Sequence record: SRR31156797_886
DNA length: 64,000 bases
Strand: one strand, 5' to 3'
Every line of letters begins with the position of its first letter. Position 1 is the first letter of the stretch. The notes beneath the pieces were generated by a model. That model was not told the origin of the DNA, ran no database searches, and was given only the letters and a program-made list of their open reading frames with translations. Of the stretch, positions 46,359 through 56,562 are shown in pieces. The translations under genes and the position numbers were made by a program.

Positions 46359-47738
46359 ATGAATCACGCTAAATTTTTCTATTTTCTATTTGTAACTTTC
46401 TTAGTTGTAACGGCCTGCGATAAAGACGACAACAACACCCCGGATAACCCGGACAACCCCGACCCTACTGATACAATTCCCGAAAGTCCTGATTTTGATG
46501 TACCCGATGTTCAGGACATCATCATGTATGAGGTTAACCTGCGGGCCTTTAGCCAGACCGGTGACTTACAGGGTGTAATTTCAAGATTGGATGAGCTGAA
46601 AGCACTCAGTGTGAATGTAATCTGGCTGATGCCGATTCATCCCATCGGGCAAATCAATTCGGTAAACTCTCCGTATTCCGTAAAAGATTATGAATCCGTA
46701 AGTGATGAATACGGGACATTGGATGATTTGATTGAACTTGTTGACGAGGCTCACGCCCGTGATATGGCCGTTATGATGGACTGGGTAGCCAACCACACGG
46801 CATGGGACAACCCGTGGATTTACGATCATCCTGACTGGTACACCCAGGATGGTTCGGGAAATATCATTCATCCGCCCGGCACCAACTGGCAGGATGTTGC
46901 CGACCTGAATTTTGACAACCCGGATATGCGGTTCGCTATGATTGACGCACTGAAATATTGGGTAACTGTAGCAAGCGTAGACGGCTATCGCTGCGATTAT
47001 GCTGATGGCGTGCCCTTCGATTTCTGGAAACAGGCCATCGATTCTTTAGAAGCCATCCCAAACCGGGAACTGGTTTTCCTTGCCGAAGGTTCTCGAAATG
47101 ATCATTTTGATGCCGGATTCGACCTGAACTTTGGATGGGAATTTTATGGTAAGCTGAAAGATGTTTACAATGGGCAATCCGCTTCCGGTCTGTTTTCAAC
47201 TCACCTTTCTGATTACAATACCATTCCTGAAGGCAAACATAAACTGCGCTTCACCACCAATCATGATGAATCGGCCTGGGATGCCACACCTATGATCCAC
47301 TTTGATGGAGAAAACGGAGCAACTGCTGCCTCTGTTGTGATGACATTTATGGGTGGTGTTCCCATGATCTATACTGGCCAGGAAGTTGGAACCGTTCAAA
47401 ATGTTCCTTTCTTTTCAAAAGACCCGATAGACTGGGACAACAATCCGGGTATGCTGCAAAATTATCAGGAATTTATGGCGGTTTACAACACTTCTGATGC
47501 TGCAAAATCAAATAACTTCACCGGCCATTTTAGCACCGAAGATGTGGTTTGCTTTGAAAAAGAACATGACGGAACCAAAATCCTCGTGTTTGCGAACGTT
47601 CGTGATGAATCTATTACTTTTGAATTGCCGGCAGCATTACAAAATTCAACCTGGACAAATGCGATCTCGGATGATGATTTATCATTGAGTACCGAAATCG
47701 AACTTGGTGAGTTTGAATACCTTATTTTAAGCCATTAA
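46359..47738 (+). CDS. GH13 alpha-amylase family lipoprotein (paralogue)
   Basis: Lipobox VTAC and a DNP-repeat linker. Motifs MYEVN, DWVANH, GYRCDYA, LAEG and TNHD. Confidence 0.92.
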   Translation: MNHAKFFYFLFVTFLVVTACDKDDNNTPDNPDNPDPTDTIPESPDFDVPDVQDIIMYEVNLRAFSQTGDLQGVISRLDELKALSVNVIWLMPIHPIGQINSVNSPYSVKDYESVSDEYGTLDDLIELVDEAHARDMAVMMDWVANHTAWDNPWIYDHPDWYTQDGSGNIIHPPGTNWQDVADLNFDNPDMRFAMIDALKYWVTVASVDGYRCDYADGVPFDFWKQAIDSLEAIPNRELVFLAEGSRNDHFDAGFDLNFGWEFYGKLKDVYNGQSASGLFSTHLSDYNTIPEGKHKLRFTTNHDESAWDATPMIHFDGENGATAASVVMTFMGGVPMIYTGQEVGTVQNVPFFSKDPIDWDNNPGMLQNYQEFMAVYNTSDAAKSNNFTGHFSTEDVVCFEKEHDGTKILVFANVRDESITFELPAALQNSTWTNAISDDDLSLSTEIELGEFEYLILSH

Positions 47739-47779
47739 CCTTTTCCATATTAAAATATGTGTTAAAATTGCAGGCAAAT

Positions 47780-47811
47780 AAAAAACGGGCAAACCTCGTT
47801 GGATCTGCCCG
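47780..47811 (-). terminator. Probable intrinsic terminator
   Basis: Stem CGGGCA / TGCCCG next to an A-tract, between convergent genes. Confidence 0.55.
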
Positions 47812-47840
47812 CCAAAACACTTGCACTCCTCCTTGAAAAA

Positions 47841-48269
47841 TTAGCGCCTGCCGCTTCCTGACACATTAATCACCAGGATATCCTCTGAACCGGTAAAAGT
47901 TACTCCATCAACTTTATTTCCGTTCAGGGTCATGGTGTTGTTGTCACCAATGTTTAATGGTAAGTCTTTAATTTCTTCCATTAAAAACTTTGCTACGAAA
48001 AAGCCCTGGCTATCGGACTTCCAATGGTCAATCTCCACACCATTAAGGGAAACGGAAGTGGCCACAACTTCCGAAAAGGGGATATCGGTGTGAATAGTGA
48101 CAACCTGTCCCTGATTTTTGAGGTTCAGGACATTCGGAGCAACCTGGATATCAACGGTTTCCTGCGCAAAGTTTACGACTGGAAAAATCAACATAATCAA
48201 TAGCATAGTTGAATATTCAATAATCGGTTTTAGCATAGTTTTAGAAGTTATCATTTTCCTCCATTCCAT
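47841..48269 (-). CDS. Small secreted hypothetical protein (start uncertain, possibly 48236 or 48254)
   Basis: Hydrophobic signal segment ending NFAQ, then an all-beta-looking domain VDIQVAPNVLNLKNQGQVVTIH. Confidence 0.65.
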   Translation of the reverse strand: MEWRKMITSKTMLKPIIEYSTMLLIMLIFPVVNFAQETVDIQVAPNVLNLKNQGQVVTIHTDIPFSEVVATSVSLNGVEIDHWKSDSQGFFVAKFLMEEIKDLPLNIGDNNTMTLNGNKVDGVTFTGSEDILVINVSGSGRR

Positions 48270-48459
48270 TTTATTTGTAAATTTTATTTACACTTCATTA
48301 AAAAACTTCTGTAAAGTTAATGCAACAAGTGGTAAAATTATTAACAATATTTTATGAAAATTGTATAAAATTTTAAGGTAGGGATTAACAAATTGTCTAA
48401 TAAGCCGTTTCTATGTGTAATTCCTTAAAATTAACAGCCGATTAAAGAATTAAATCAAC

Positions 48460-49443
48460 ATGAAAAACATCTACAACATTGCCTGGTGGAACGTCGAGAA
48501 CCTTTTCGATACCCATGATTCATCCTTAAGACCCGACTGGCTACAAAGCAGACTAAATAGCGAATTGAAAGGATGGGACAGTGCGGTGCTGGACAAGAAG
48601 CTTGGAAACCTGGCCAGCATCATCCGTCAAATGAACAATAATCTTGGCCCCGATATTCTCGGCGTTAGTGAAGTTGAAAACCAGGTTGTCCTGGAAAAAC
48701 TACTCGCTTATGTAAACTTATCTTCCAGCCGGAACTATCAGATTGCACACCATGATACGGATGACCAGCGCGGGATAGATGTTGCATTTATTTTTGACGC
48801 CAATAAATTCACCTTTGGTGGTTTATTCAGCCATGTTGTGACCCAACGTAACGCTACCCGGGATTTGTTGCAGGCCAATTTTACCACCAAAAAAGGCAAT
48901 CCACTGATTTTGGTCGGCAACCATTGGCATTCCCGCATCAGCGGTGAATTGGAAACCGAACCCTACAGAATAATCGCTGCAGAAACCCTAAGCTACTGGA
49001 TGGAACGGATCATGGAGATACGCGGTTCGGAAACACCGGTGTTGATCATGGGTGATTTTAATGACGAACCCTTTAACCGTTCAATTTCAGATTATGCCCT
49101 GTCCACACACAGTAAACCCAAGGTTTTAAATGCACGTAATATCCGGCTTCTAAACCTCATGTATCCATTAATGGGCAGAGGCCATGGAACTTTTTTCTAT
49201 GGAAATTTCCCCTTTATCTTCGACCAGTTTTTGGTTCCAAAGAGCATGATCAGGAGCAATGCCCTTATCCGGCCCGTAAAAATGAACAACTACAGTTACC
49301 GTACTGAAATTGTGATGGTTCCGGAAATGATGGCTAACAGTGATTATCCCAAACCCATGGCCTTTGGAAGGCCTTCAAAATCATCTTTCGATCCAACCGG
49401 CTACAGCGATCACTTCCCCATTTCGATATACCTGGAGGAATGA
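48460..49443 (+). CDS. Endonuclease/exonuclease/phosphatase family protein
   Basis: Motifs WNVENLFD, DILGVSEVEN, RGIDV, NHW, MGDFNDEP, FDQ and YSDHFP. Confidence 0.92.
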   Translation: MKNIYNIAWWNVENLFDTHDSSLRPDWLQSRLNSELKGWDSAVLDKKLGNLASIIRQMNNNLGPDILGVSEVENQVVLEKLLAYVNLSSSRNYQIAHHDTDDQRGIDVAFIFDANKFTFGGLFSHVVTQRNATRDLLQANFTTKKGNPLILVGNHWHSRISGELETEPYRIIAAETLSYWMERIMEIRGSETPVLIMGDFNDEPFNRSISDYALSTHSKPKVLNARNIRLLNLMYPLMGRGHGTFFYGNFPFIFDQFLVPKSMIRSNALIRPVKMNNYSYRTEIVMVPEMMANSDYPKPMAFGRPSKSSFDPTGYSDHFPISIYLEE

Positions 49444-49479
49444 TTTCCGGATATGAAGTAAACCATTATCCGAAAATTA

Positions 49480-51369
49480 TTATAACCTCCACACATTATC
49501 AGATCTATCAACATCAGGAATGAGATCATTACCGAGGTTTATTTCTTTAACCTTTGAATGGCTGGACAATGGAATGGCCAGAACTTTTTCTCGATCAGCC
49601 CAGACCCGGGCACTTTTTGAGATTTGTTTTTCGGAACCATCCGCAAATGTGATATGTAGCTCAACGGGGACAGGTATGTTTCCTTTCATTTTGATAAGTA
49701 AAACATTTTCGGGAGTTAGTTCCTGAATGGCGAGGTCAGGATATCCACGATCGAAAAACCAGGGTTTCCAAAACCATGAAAGGTCTTCGCCGGCAACATC
49801 ATTGAAGGTGTTGAAAAAGTCATATGGCATCGGGTGTTTACCCATCCAACGGTCCATGTATTTCAGCAAACAAGCTTTAAAAAGATCGTGGCCCAGCAAT
49901 TCATAAAGCATGTGATAAGCCACGGCCGGCCTTGTGTAAGCTGCCATGCGCTGGGTTTGATAATCGTTAAAAATGTAGGTAGGTATCATGGGCGGTAATT
50001 CATTCTCATTGCCGGCAACACCTTCATACTGGGCAATACTGCGCTGAAAGTAGTTATCATCAGGTGCATAAATATCCAGAAACCCTTTTGGAAAATAGCG
50101 TGCCCAGCCTTCGTCCATAAAAGCATATTTCCTTTCATTGGTTCCCATAAAAAACGGGAAATAATTGTGCAGGATTTCGTGGAAAGTCAGTCCCTGTAAA
50201 TCAGCATAATCGAGTGGAGCGCCATCATTTGCCATCATTGGAAACTCCATGCCGCCATTAATCCGGCCATTGGCAAAAACTGTAGCTTGCGGATAGGGAT
50301 ATGGAAATCCGGGCAACTGGTTCGACATATAATCTACTGCATTCCGGGCAATCAGGGCTACATCCTGGTAATGCACCACCGAATCCGGGTAAACCGATGA
50401 AATCAAAGCACGCCTTCCGGTTTTACGATCAACAACATGGCTCACTGCATCCCAGGCAGAACCTGAACTGGCGGCAAATGCAAAATCAGGCACACCTTTG
50501 GCCACAAACTCCCAGGTATGTTTATCGCCGGGTTGTGTAACATCTCCGGAATCATAATCCTTATGTTCGATGATTTTCACAACTTCATTGGATCGCATGG
50601 CAGCATTGAATTTCTTCAACACCTCATTTTGAAAAACCCTACCCGGATTCTGCAGTTCACCGGTCGCCCACACCACAAAATCACCAGGAATAGTGATATT
50701 CACTTCAAAATCGCTGGCATCGTTGTAATACTCCACACTGCCGGCATATTCAACCCTGTCCCACCCATCAATATCATCATAAACAGCAACCTGTGGATAC
50801 CAGTAACCTACAAACAAGTGGTTTTTGCTGTACTGCCCAAAACGTATCCAGCGCTTTTGAGGCATTTTAAAATTCCAGTCGACCTCTATTTTCGTCTCTG
50901 ATCCGGGAGTCAAAGGGCTTCGCGGCTGAATGTACATGTTGGTTGCAGAATTGTAAACCTGCTTTGAAGCAGGGTCGTATTCTATGCCATTCACCATGAG
51001 TTTAGATATTTCCACACCATCTGTCAGATCAGCATTTCCGATGCTAAACTGGCGGGAATTTCCTTTTTTATAAATGTTCTGGTATAATCTCAACACAATG
51101 ACTTTCAAACTATCAGGGCTATTGTTTAAGTAGCTGATCTTTGCCTTTCCGGTTATCATGCCCGTTTCAGGATTTACATCAACATCAATATCATAATTTG
51201 AATGGTTAACCCAGTAGTTTTTTCCGGGTATCCCGGATTGGGTTCGTGTTCCTTTTTCGATGGCATTCCTGAAGGTTTCAGAGATAAAGTACGGATCATC
51301 CTGGGCTTGCACAGTAATGATACAACACAAAAGCATTATTGAACTCAAAAAGGCAGTGAATCTGGTCAT
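49480..51369 (-). CDS. M1 family aminopeptidase
   Basis: Motifs GGMEFP and HEILHNYFP...FMDEG (HExxH-X18-E). Signal peptide from M at 51369. Confidence 0.92.
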   Translation of the reverse strand: MTRFTAFLSSIMLLCCIITVQAQDDPYFISETFRNAIEKGTRTQSGIPGKNYWVNHSNYDIDVDVNPETGMITGKAKISYLNNSPDSLKVIVLRLYQNIYKKGNSRQFSIGNADLTDGVEISKLMVNGIEYDPASKQVYNSATNMYIQPRSPLTPGSETKIEVDWNFKMPQKRWIRFGQYSKNHLFVGYWYPQVAVYDDIDGWDRVEYAGSVEYYNDASDFEVNITIPGDFVVWATGELQNPGRVFQNEVLKKFNAAMRSNEVVKIIEHKDYDSGDVTQPGDKHTWEFVAKGVPDFAFAASSGSAWDAVSHVVDRKTGRRALISSVYPDSVVHYQDVALIARNAVDYMSNQLPGFPYPYPQATVFANGRINGGMEFPMMANDGAPLDYADLQGLTFHEILHNYFPFFMGTNERKYAFMDEGWARYFPKGFLDIYAPDDNYFQRSIAQYEGVAGNENELPPMIPTYIFNDYQTQRMAAYTRPAVAYHMLYELLGHDLFKACLLKYMDRWMGKHPMPYDFFNTFNDVAGEDLSWFWKPWFFDRGYPDLAIQELTPENVLLIKMKGNIPVPVELHITFADGSEKQISKSARVWADREKVLAIPLSSHSKVKEINLGNDLIPDVDRSDNVWRL

Positions 51370-51417
51370 GGAAGTAAGGTTTAAAATCAATCTTTCTGTT
51401 AAATTAGGGTGTAAAAA

Positions 51418-51452
51418 TAAAAAACGGTTCAAACATGAACTGCCTGAACCGT
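51418..51452 (-). terminator. Probable intrinsic terminator
   Basis: Stem ACGGTTCA / TGAACCGT with a T-tract on the minus strand. Confidence 0.6.
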
Positions 51453-51475
51453 AAATATTTTAAAGGTTAATTATA

Positions 51476-52060
51476 TTAAAATCCGGCAATAATCCCCACA
51501 CTCCAAAACAATTCTCCACTTGCATAGGGTGAATTTTCATTCTGCAAAACATCATATAAAACCTGTACATACCCATAGGTGTTTCCACCAACATGCTGGC
51601 TTAACCCAGCACCAAGGAACAGGAACGGTACCCAGGTTCTTTCTTCCTTAATATCGCCACTGGGCTGCAGAAACTGCAATTTATAATTGATGTTTGCATA
51701 CTCCACATGAACGTAGGCCTGTGGAATTACGCGGTATCTGGTAAAAATCCGGGCACCGTAGTTACTGGATTCATAATTCCCGCCCCAGTAGGTGTCGTAT
51801 TTGATGTACTCATACCCCGGCTGGATGCCGACTGATAGCTTAGGGGTTGCCTTATAGCCTACCAGTGGCCATATACCAATGGAGGTGTAGCTACCAAAAG
51901 CAAATACAAAATTCCCCCCGAAATAAACCTTTTGGCCTACCGAGGACTTTTTGGGACTTTGCTTTGTGTAAGGATTATGAACCACCGAATCGTTTTGCTG
52001 ACCTACAACAATAGAACCGGTAACAAATATCAGGAGTATGGTAAAGTATAATTTCTTCAT
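51476..52060 (-). CDS. Small outer-membrane beta-barrel protein, hypothetical
   Basis: Signal peptide from M at 52060 (MKKLYFTILL), YFGGN...PLVGY strands and a terminal Phe (IIAGF). Confidence 0.75.
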   Translation of the reverse strand: MKKLYFTILLIFVTGSIVVGQQNDSVVHNPYTKQSPKKSSVGQKVYFGGNFVFAFGSYTSIGIWPLVGYKATPKLSVGIQPGYEYIKYDTYWGGNYESSNYGARIFTRYRVIPQAYVHVEYANINYKLQFLQPSGDIKEERTWVPFLFLGAGLSQHVGGNTYGYVQVLYDVLQNENSPYASGELFWSVGIIAGF

Positions 52061-52124
52061 GATGTATGGTTTGATTCCAGGAAATCCAAACAAAAATCGT
52101 GTCAAATTATTGCGGAAATGGTGG

Positions 52125-53108
52125 CTAAAACAGGATACCCAATTTAAAGAATACCCATTTGTGTGGCAGCGATCCATCAAACTTTGCGGTAAACATTTGG
52201 GCACCAGCTTCGGCCTGAAGGTTATCGTATCTTCCGGCAACACCAGCCTTCCACTCACCAACCAAAGGGTTGATATCTATAATGGTATGTGGATTCTTTC
52301 CATTGAAAATGCCCCCTTGCATTGTGGCATCATACATTACGGTTTTCAGGGTTCCTTCTGCAAAGAAGTACACAAAATTTTGGGATTTGCTTAAAAGATG
52401 ATCTGTAGAGAAATAATCCAGCCCCTGACCGATTCTAACCCTTCCACCACCGGAAAAATCCGTGTAAGGAAGTCCCAACCGTGCATTTGCCAACGCATCA
52501 ATATTTACCCATTTGGAATTAAATACACCTTTTTCGATGGCGGTGGTGTATTGAATAAGTGCAGTATGTCTGATCTGGTAAACCCATCCCGGAATGGGCT
52601 CAGAAGCCGGAAGCAAAACATGGATACCGTTTTGTACAAATTGACCTCCTGCATACTCACCCAGCAATCCACCTGAAATTGAAGACGAAAAACGGTACCG
52701 CTTTGCAGTACTGAAGTGACTGGATTTTAACCCAAACATCAAAACACCCGCATAGGGACGATCAGTTTGTTCGGGATCACCTAATACATTTTTGGGTGTG
52801 AAAATATCATGGGTAAGGAAAATGTTGTAAATGGCCCCACTCTCCGACATGGGATCGATGAGCAGGTTGGCAAGGTTAAACCTTTCAAACGTTTGGGCAT
52901 GATATTCAAGCTCAAGGCCGTTGGTGAAATACCTGTCCGTTTGGAAAAAGACATCATTTGCCCAAACTACCGATAGCATTTTCGGATAATTTACTTCCAC
53001 AGGGTCAACCTGGTAGCGCTCAAAAACCTGAGCATGTGTATGGAAGTAAAGCAGGGCTAATATCGTTATGAAAAGTAACCGCAACTTGGCACAATTTGAA
53101 TCATGCAA
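52125..53108 (-). CDS. Lipid A deacylase LpxR family (DUF2219) outer-membrane protein
   Basis: Motifs NDVF..TDRYFTNG, IFTP, DRPYAG, QNGIH and GW..QI, ending in Phe. The start may be the TTG at 53084. Confidence 0.85.
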   Translation of the reverse strand: MHDSNCAKLRLLFITILALLYFHTHAQVFERYQVDPVEVNYPKMLSVVWANDVFFQTDRYFTNGLELEYHAQTFERFNLANLLIDPMSESGAIYNIFLTHDIFTPKNVLGDPEQTDRPYAGVLMFGLKSSHFSTAKRYRFSSSISGGLLGEYAGGQFVQNGIHVLLPASEPIPGWVYQIRHTALIQYTTAIEKGVFNSKWVNIDALANARLGLPYTDFSGGGRVRIGQGLDYFSTDHLLSKSQNFVYFFAEGTLKTVMYDATMQGGIFNGKNPHTIIDINPLVGEWKAGVAGRYDNLQAEAGAQMFTAKFDGSLPHKWVFFKLGILF

Positions 53109-53164
53109 AAATACAACAATTTTAGATCAGTTGTAAATTGCAGCATTTCAATATTTTACAGGCT

Positions 53165-53737
53165 TTACCTGGCAAGTTGTGCATGTCTGAAACAATCGGT
53201 GGTATGATCATTTACAATACCCGCGGCCTGCATATAAGCGTAAATAATGGTTGATCCGACAAAGGAAAAACCATGCTTTTTCAGGTCTTTGCTTATGCGA
53301 TCAGACAGTGCCGTTTTGGCGGGAACTTCATCCTGATTCTCAAAAAAGTTTACGAGGGTTTTGCCACCGGAAAAGTTCCAGATGTATTGATCAAATGAGC
53401 CCATTTCTTTGCGTAGTTTGATAAAGGCCTGTGCATTTTTTACGGCAGCATTTATTTTCAGCTTGTTTCTGATGATGCCTTTATCCTGCAAAAGTGTTGC
53501 AATTTCATCCTCTCCATAAAGGGCAATTTTTTCAAAATCGAAATCATCAAAAGCCATTTTGAAGTTTTCCCGTTTTCTCAGAATTGTAATCCAACTCAGG
53601 CCGGCCTGAAATCCGTCAAGTAAAATATATTCAAAATGTTTACGGTCGTCATGCACAGGAACACCCCATTCATGGTCGTGGTAATCATAATAATACGGGT
53701 TTGATACTGCCCATTCACATCTTTTCATATCATTCAT
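53165..53737 (-). CDS. tag: DNA-3-methyladenine glycosylase I
   Basis: Motifs RCEW, YHDHEWGVP, FQAGLSWITIL, IIRNKLKI, FVGSTI and NDH...CF. Confidence 0.95.
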   Translation of the reverse strand: MNDMKRCEWAVSNPYYYDYHDHEWGVPVHDDRKHFEYILLDGFQAGLSWITILRKRENFKMAFDDFDFEKIALYGEDEIATLLQDKGIIRNKLKINAAVKNAQAFIKLRKEMGSFDQYIWNFSGGKTLVNFFENQDEVPAKTALSDRISKDLKKHGFSFVGSTIIYAYMQAAGIVNDHTTDCFRHAQLAR

Positions 53738-53744
53738 AGTCAGG

Positions 53745-54323
53745 CTAAAATGTTTGTCCTTCAATAATGGTCGATTTCCCGACGGGTTCAACCGGCCCAA
53801 AAAGTGTTTCGGCTCTGCCATACTGCGGATGGTCGATATCCACCGCTGCCTCGCCCGACCCATACAACGAAAGTGAAACTTTGTTGCGAATATTTCCTGT
53901 AATGGTAAAGGTAATAAACAACTTGTTTTTCGATTTCTTTTCGGTGATTTTCATGTTGATAATATTTCCCTTTATTGTGTAGCCACCTAACCCGTTAAGC
54001 CCGGGCCAGGGTGCATGGCCTGATCTAAACTGCAGTGTTGCTACATCGCCCTCCACTACCAGGAAATTTGATTTGCTCCTGATGCCTGAATACATTTGAC
54101 CATGACGAGACACCACCCTTTCGAAAGGAACCATATAAAGTGAGTCGAGGATTAGTTTTTTAGCTTCTTTGTACTGATCCAGCTTCTCCTTTTTTTCTCT
54201 CTCTTTCCGCTCTTTTCGGGTTTCACCGGTATTTTGCTGAGCAAACGAGTATGTAGGCAATATCATAATTATGACCAGAATAAAGGTTATTAGTAGCTGA
54301 TGAGGTTTAATTAGTTTTTGCAT
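53745..54323 (-). CDS. DUF4251 domain protein
   Basis: Signal peptide, ETRKERKE charged segment, NFLVVEGD.A.LQ and GLNGLGGYTIKG. Confidence 0.75.
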   Translation of the reverse strand: MQKLIKPHQLLITFILVIIMILPTYSFAQQNTGETRKERKEREKKEKLDQYKEAKKLILDSLYMVPFERVVSRHGQMYSGIRSKSNFLVVEGDVATLQFRSGHAPWPGLNGLGGYTIKGNIINMKITEKKSKNKLFITFTITGNIRNKVSLSLYGSGEAAVDIDHPQYGRAETLFGPVEPVGKSTIIEGQTF

Positions 54324-54412
54324 TGTTATTGGATTTAGGTGTTGCTTTGAGTTCATTATTGTTATGGAATTCTAAAAACGTCATTTCAGATGTAGTATCG
54401 AAAGAAAATATG

Positions 54413-54985
54413 TTAAAATTCAGTGCCTTCAAAAATATTTGCCCCCTGCAATGGAACTACCTTTCCACGCATCGAGAATGCTTTTCCGGAAAACATTCCG
54501 CTAACATCAACAACAGCTTTATCGGAGCCGGTTAGTGTTAATGATACACTCGCCGTGCCAATCAGCCCTGTGACAGTATAGGTCATAAACAGGCGGTGTT
54601 TCGATTCTTTTTCCTTGATCCTGATGTTGGCAGGTTTTCCTTTCAATGTTACTCCGCCAAGGCTATTCAGCCCACTGGTCCGTGCAAAGTCGGACCCAAT
54701 TTGAATAACAGCTTCTTCGCCATCCATTTTAATAAAGTTGATGGTGCTTTGAACGAGTGTCATGGGTGATCCATTTCCAAAAATAATATTATCGGCAGGT
54801 ACAACAAATGTTGAATCCATGATGAGTTGCTTTGCCACTTTATACTTTTTCAGGTTTTCAGATTTTTCCCGTTCTTTTCTTTCTTTTCGGGTTTCCTGCG
54901 AAAATAATGTGACAGGAAATATTAGAGTTAGCAATATTAGAGTTGCTAATCCATTTTGTAATTTCATTAATTTGAAAGTATGCAT
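54413..54985 (-). CDS. DUF4251 domain protein (paralogue)
   Basis: Motifs ETRKERKE, FVVPAD, NFIKMDGEEAVIQ and GLNSLGGVTLKG. Confidence 0.8.
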   Translation of the reverse strand: MHTFKLMKLQNGLATLILLTLIFPVTLFSQETRKERKEREKSENLKKYKVAKQLIMDSTFVVPADNIIFGNGSPMTLVQSTINFIKMDGEEAVIQIGSDFARTSGLNSLGGVTLKGKPANIRIKEKESKHRLFMTYTVTGLIGTASVSLTLTGSDKAVVDVSGMFSGKAFSMRGKVVPLQGANIFEGTEF

Positions 54986-55100
54986 GGTATTTGAACTTTA
55001 AGTTATCATCGATATTTAGTTACCATTTGTATGCCAAAAACATAACCTGGTATTCAATAATCCCGAAATAATTCATAGCTTTGATTAAATTTGAACCGTT

Positions 55101-56558
55101 ATGAAATGGAATGCCATCGCCATAATGTTATTCATTTCACCCCTTACCTGGGCACAGGATTACCAGTACTGGTCAGAGCAATACGGAGCAAGGGCTTCTC
55201 TAGTTGGCGGAGCAATGATAGCCGGGCCTGACGACAATACGGCGGTTTACTATAATCCGGCTGCCCTGGGCTGGCTCGAAAGTTCTTCTATTTCCGTAAA
55301 TGCCACAGTTTACAAAGCACAGTTAACTCATCTGGAAAATGTTGCCGGTGAAGGAAACAGCGATCATTATACACGATACGTATATTATCCGCAAATGCTT
55401 TCGGGTATGATTCCGATGGGTAAAAACAGCAGATTCAAGGTTGGTTATGTTTTGATGACCAGATATAATGACCGCCAACGATATAATGCCCGGGTTACTG
55501 AAGAAACAGATGTTATGGAAGAGATTCCTGGTGATGAATATTATATCGGTGCTTATGAATTTTATAAATCAATTGATGAACAGTGGGGAGGATTGGGAAT
55601 TGGGTACCAGCTGAATGAAAAAATTGCCATTGGTGTTACACAGTTTGTGTCCTATCGATACCAGGATTATCGGACTTCAACCTATGCACGGGCTATTCCG
55701 GTTGTTGATTCAAGCTATTTTCTTTCGAGCAGAAACTCATTTGAAGACCTGGTTTACTATAACTGGCGGATTCTATGGAAATTCGGGATCAGCATAAAAA
55801 CCAAAAATGCGGACCTTGGATTTACAATCACCACCCCAAGTGTAAATATTTTTGGTGACAACGATGTACAGCGGGAAGTTTCATTTTCAAATCTGCCCAA
55901 TTTTGTTGAGGAGGGTGTGGTTTTGGACTTTCTTGCCATCGACAGGCAGGAATCTCTAAAGACTCATTATAAGCTTCCCTGGTCGTTTGGACTTGGCATT
56001 AAATATGATTTCGGGACAACCAGGGTAAGCATGAACACCGAGTATTTTACAAAAATCAAGTTATATGATATTTCAACAGCAGACCGTCGCCCGGTGATTT
56101 ACCCTCCCTCAATATATACTGAAGAGCTTATTGGCAAAATTGATTTTCTCTCAGTTAAAAGTAAACATAATGCTGTTTTCAATGTGGCGGTTGGTGTAGA
56201 AAAGGAGATGAATAACAAAGTTGACCTGCTGCTTGGCGCAAGAACCGATTTCAGCAATTTCAGGTATGATATCGATTCGGATGGTATTGTGATGAAGGGC
56301 AGGTCCTGGGATATGTATCATGTTTCTGGCGGAGTAACATACAAATTTGAGAAAAGTGCGCTTACTGCGGGATTAGACCTGGTGCTTGGCTACAAAGACG
56401 GCCAGACAAATTTTGTGAACTTCAACAATCCCAAGGATTATCACGGGCTTGTGGGTGTTCCTGAAGATAATATGCGTGTAATAGACGCCGGAGGTTCATT
56501 TATTATTGGATACACCTATTATTTCAGTAACTTGCCCATCGGCGGTGGCGATGACTAA
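55101..56558 (+). CDS. FadL/OmpP1-like outer-membrane transporter
   Basis: Signal peptide and the FadL-like N-terminal motif GARASLVGGA..A..DDNTAVYYNPAAL, followed by beta-strand-rich sequence. Confidence 0.75.
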   Translation: MKWNAIAIMLFISPLTWAQDYQYWSEQYGARASLVGGAMIAGPDDNTAVYYNPAALGWLESSSISVNATVYKAQLTHLENVAGEGNSDHYTRYVYYPQMLSGMIPMGKNSRFKVGYVLMTRYNDRQRYNARVTEETDVMEEIPGDEYYIGAYEFYKSIDEQWGGLGIGYQLNEKIAIGVTQFVSYRYQDYRTSTYARAIPVVDSSYFLSSRNSFEDLVYYNWRILWKFGISIKTKNADLGFTITTPSVNIFGDNDVQREVSFSNLPNFVEEGVVLDFLAIDRQESLKTHYKLPWSFGLGIKYDFGTTRVSMNTEYFTKIKLYDISTADRRPVIYPPSIYTEELIGKIDFLSVKSKHNAVFNVAVGVEKEMNNKVDLLLGARTDFSNFRYDIDSDGIVMKGRSWDMYHVSGGVTYKFEKSALTAGLDLVLGYKDGQTNFVNFNNPKDYHGLVGVPEDNMRVIDAGGSFIIGYTYYFSNLPIGGGDD

Positions 56559-56562
56559 AAAT

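Noticed and set aside
46425-46470. 9-bp quasi-repeat (CCGGATAAC/CCGGACAAC)
   Set aside because: It encodes the DNP linker of a lipoprotein and is ordinary low-complexity coding sequence.
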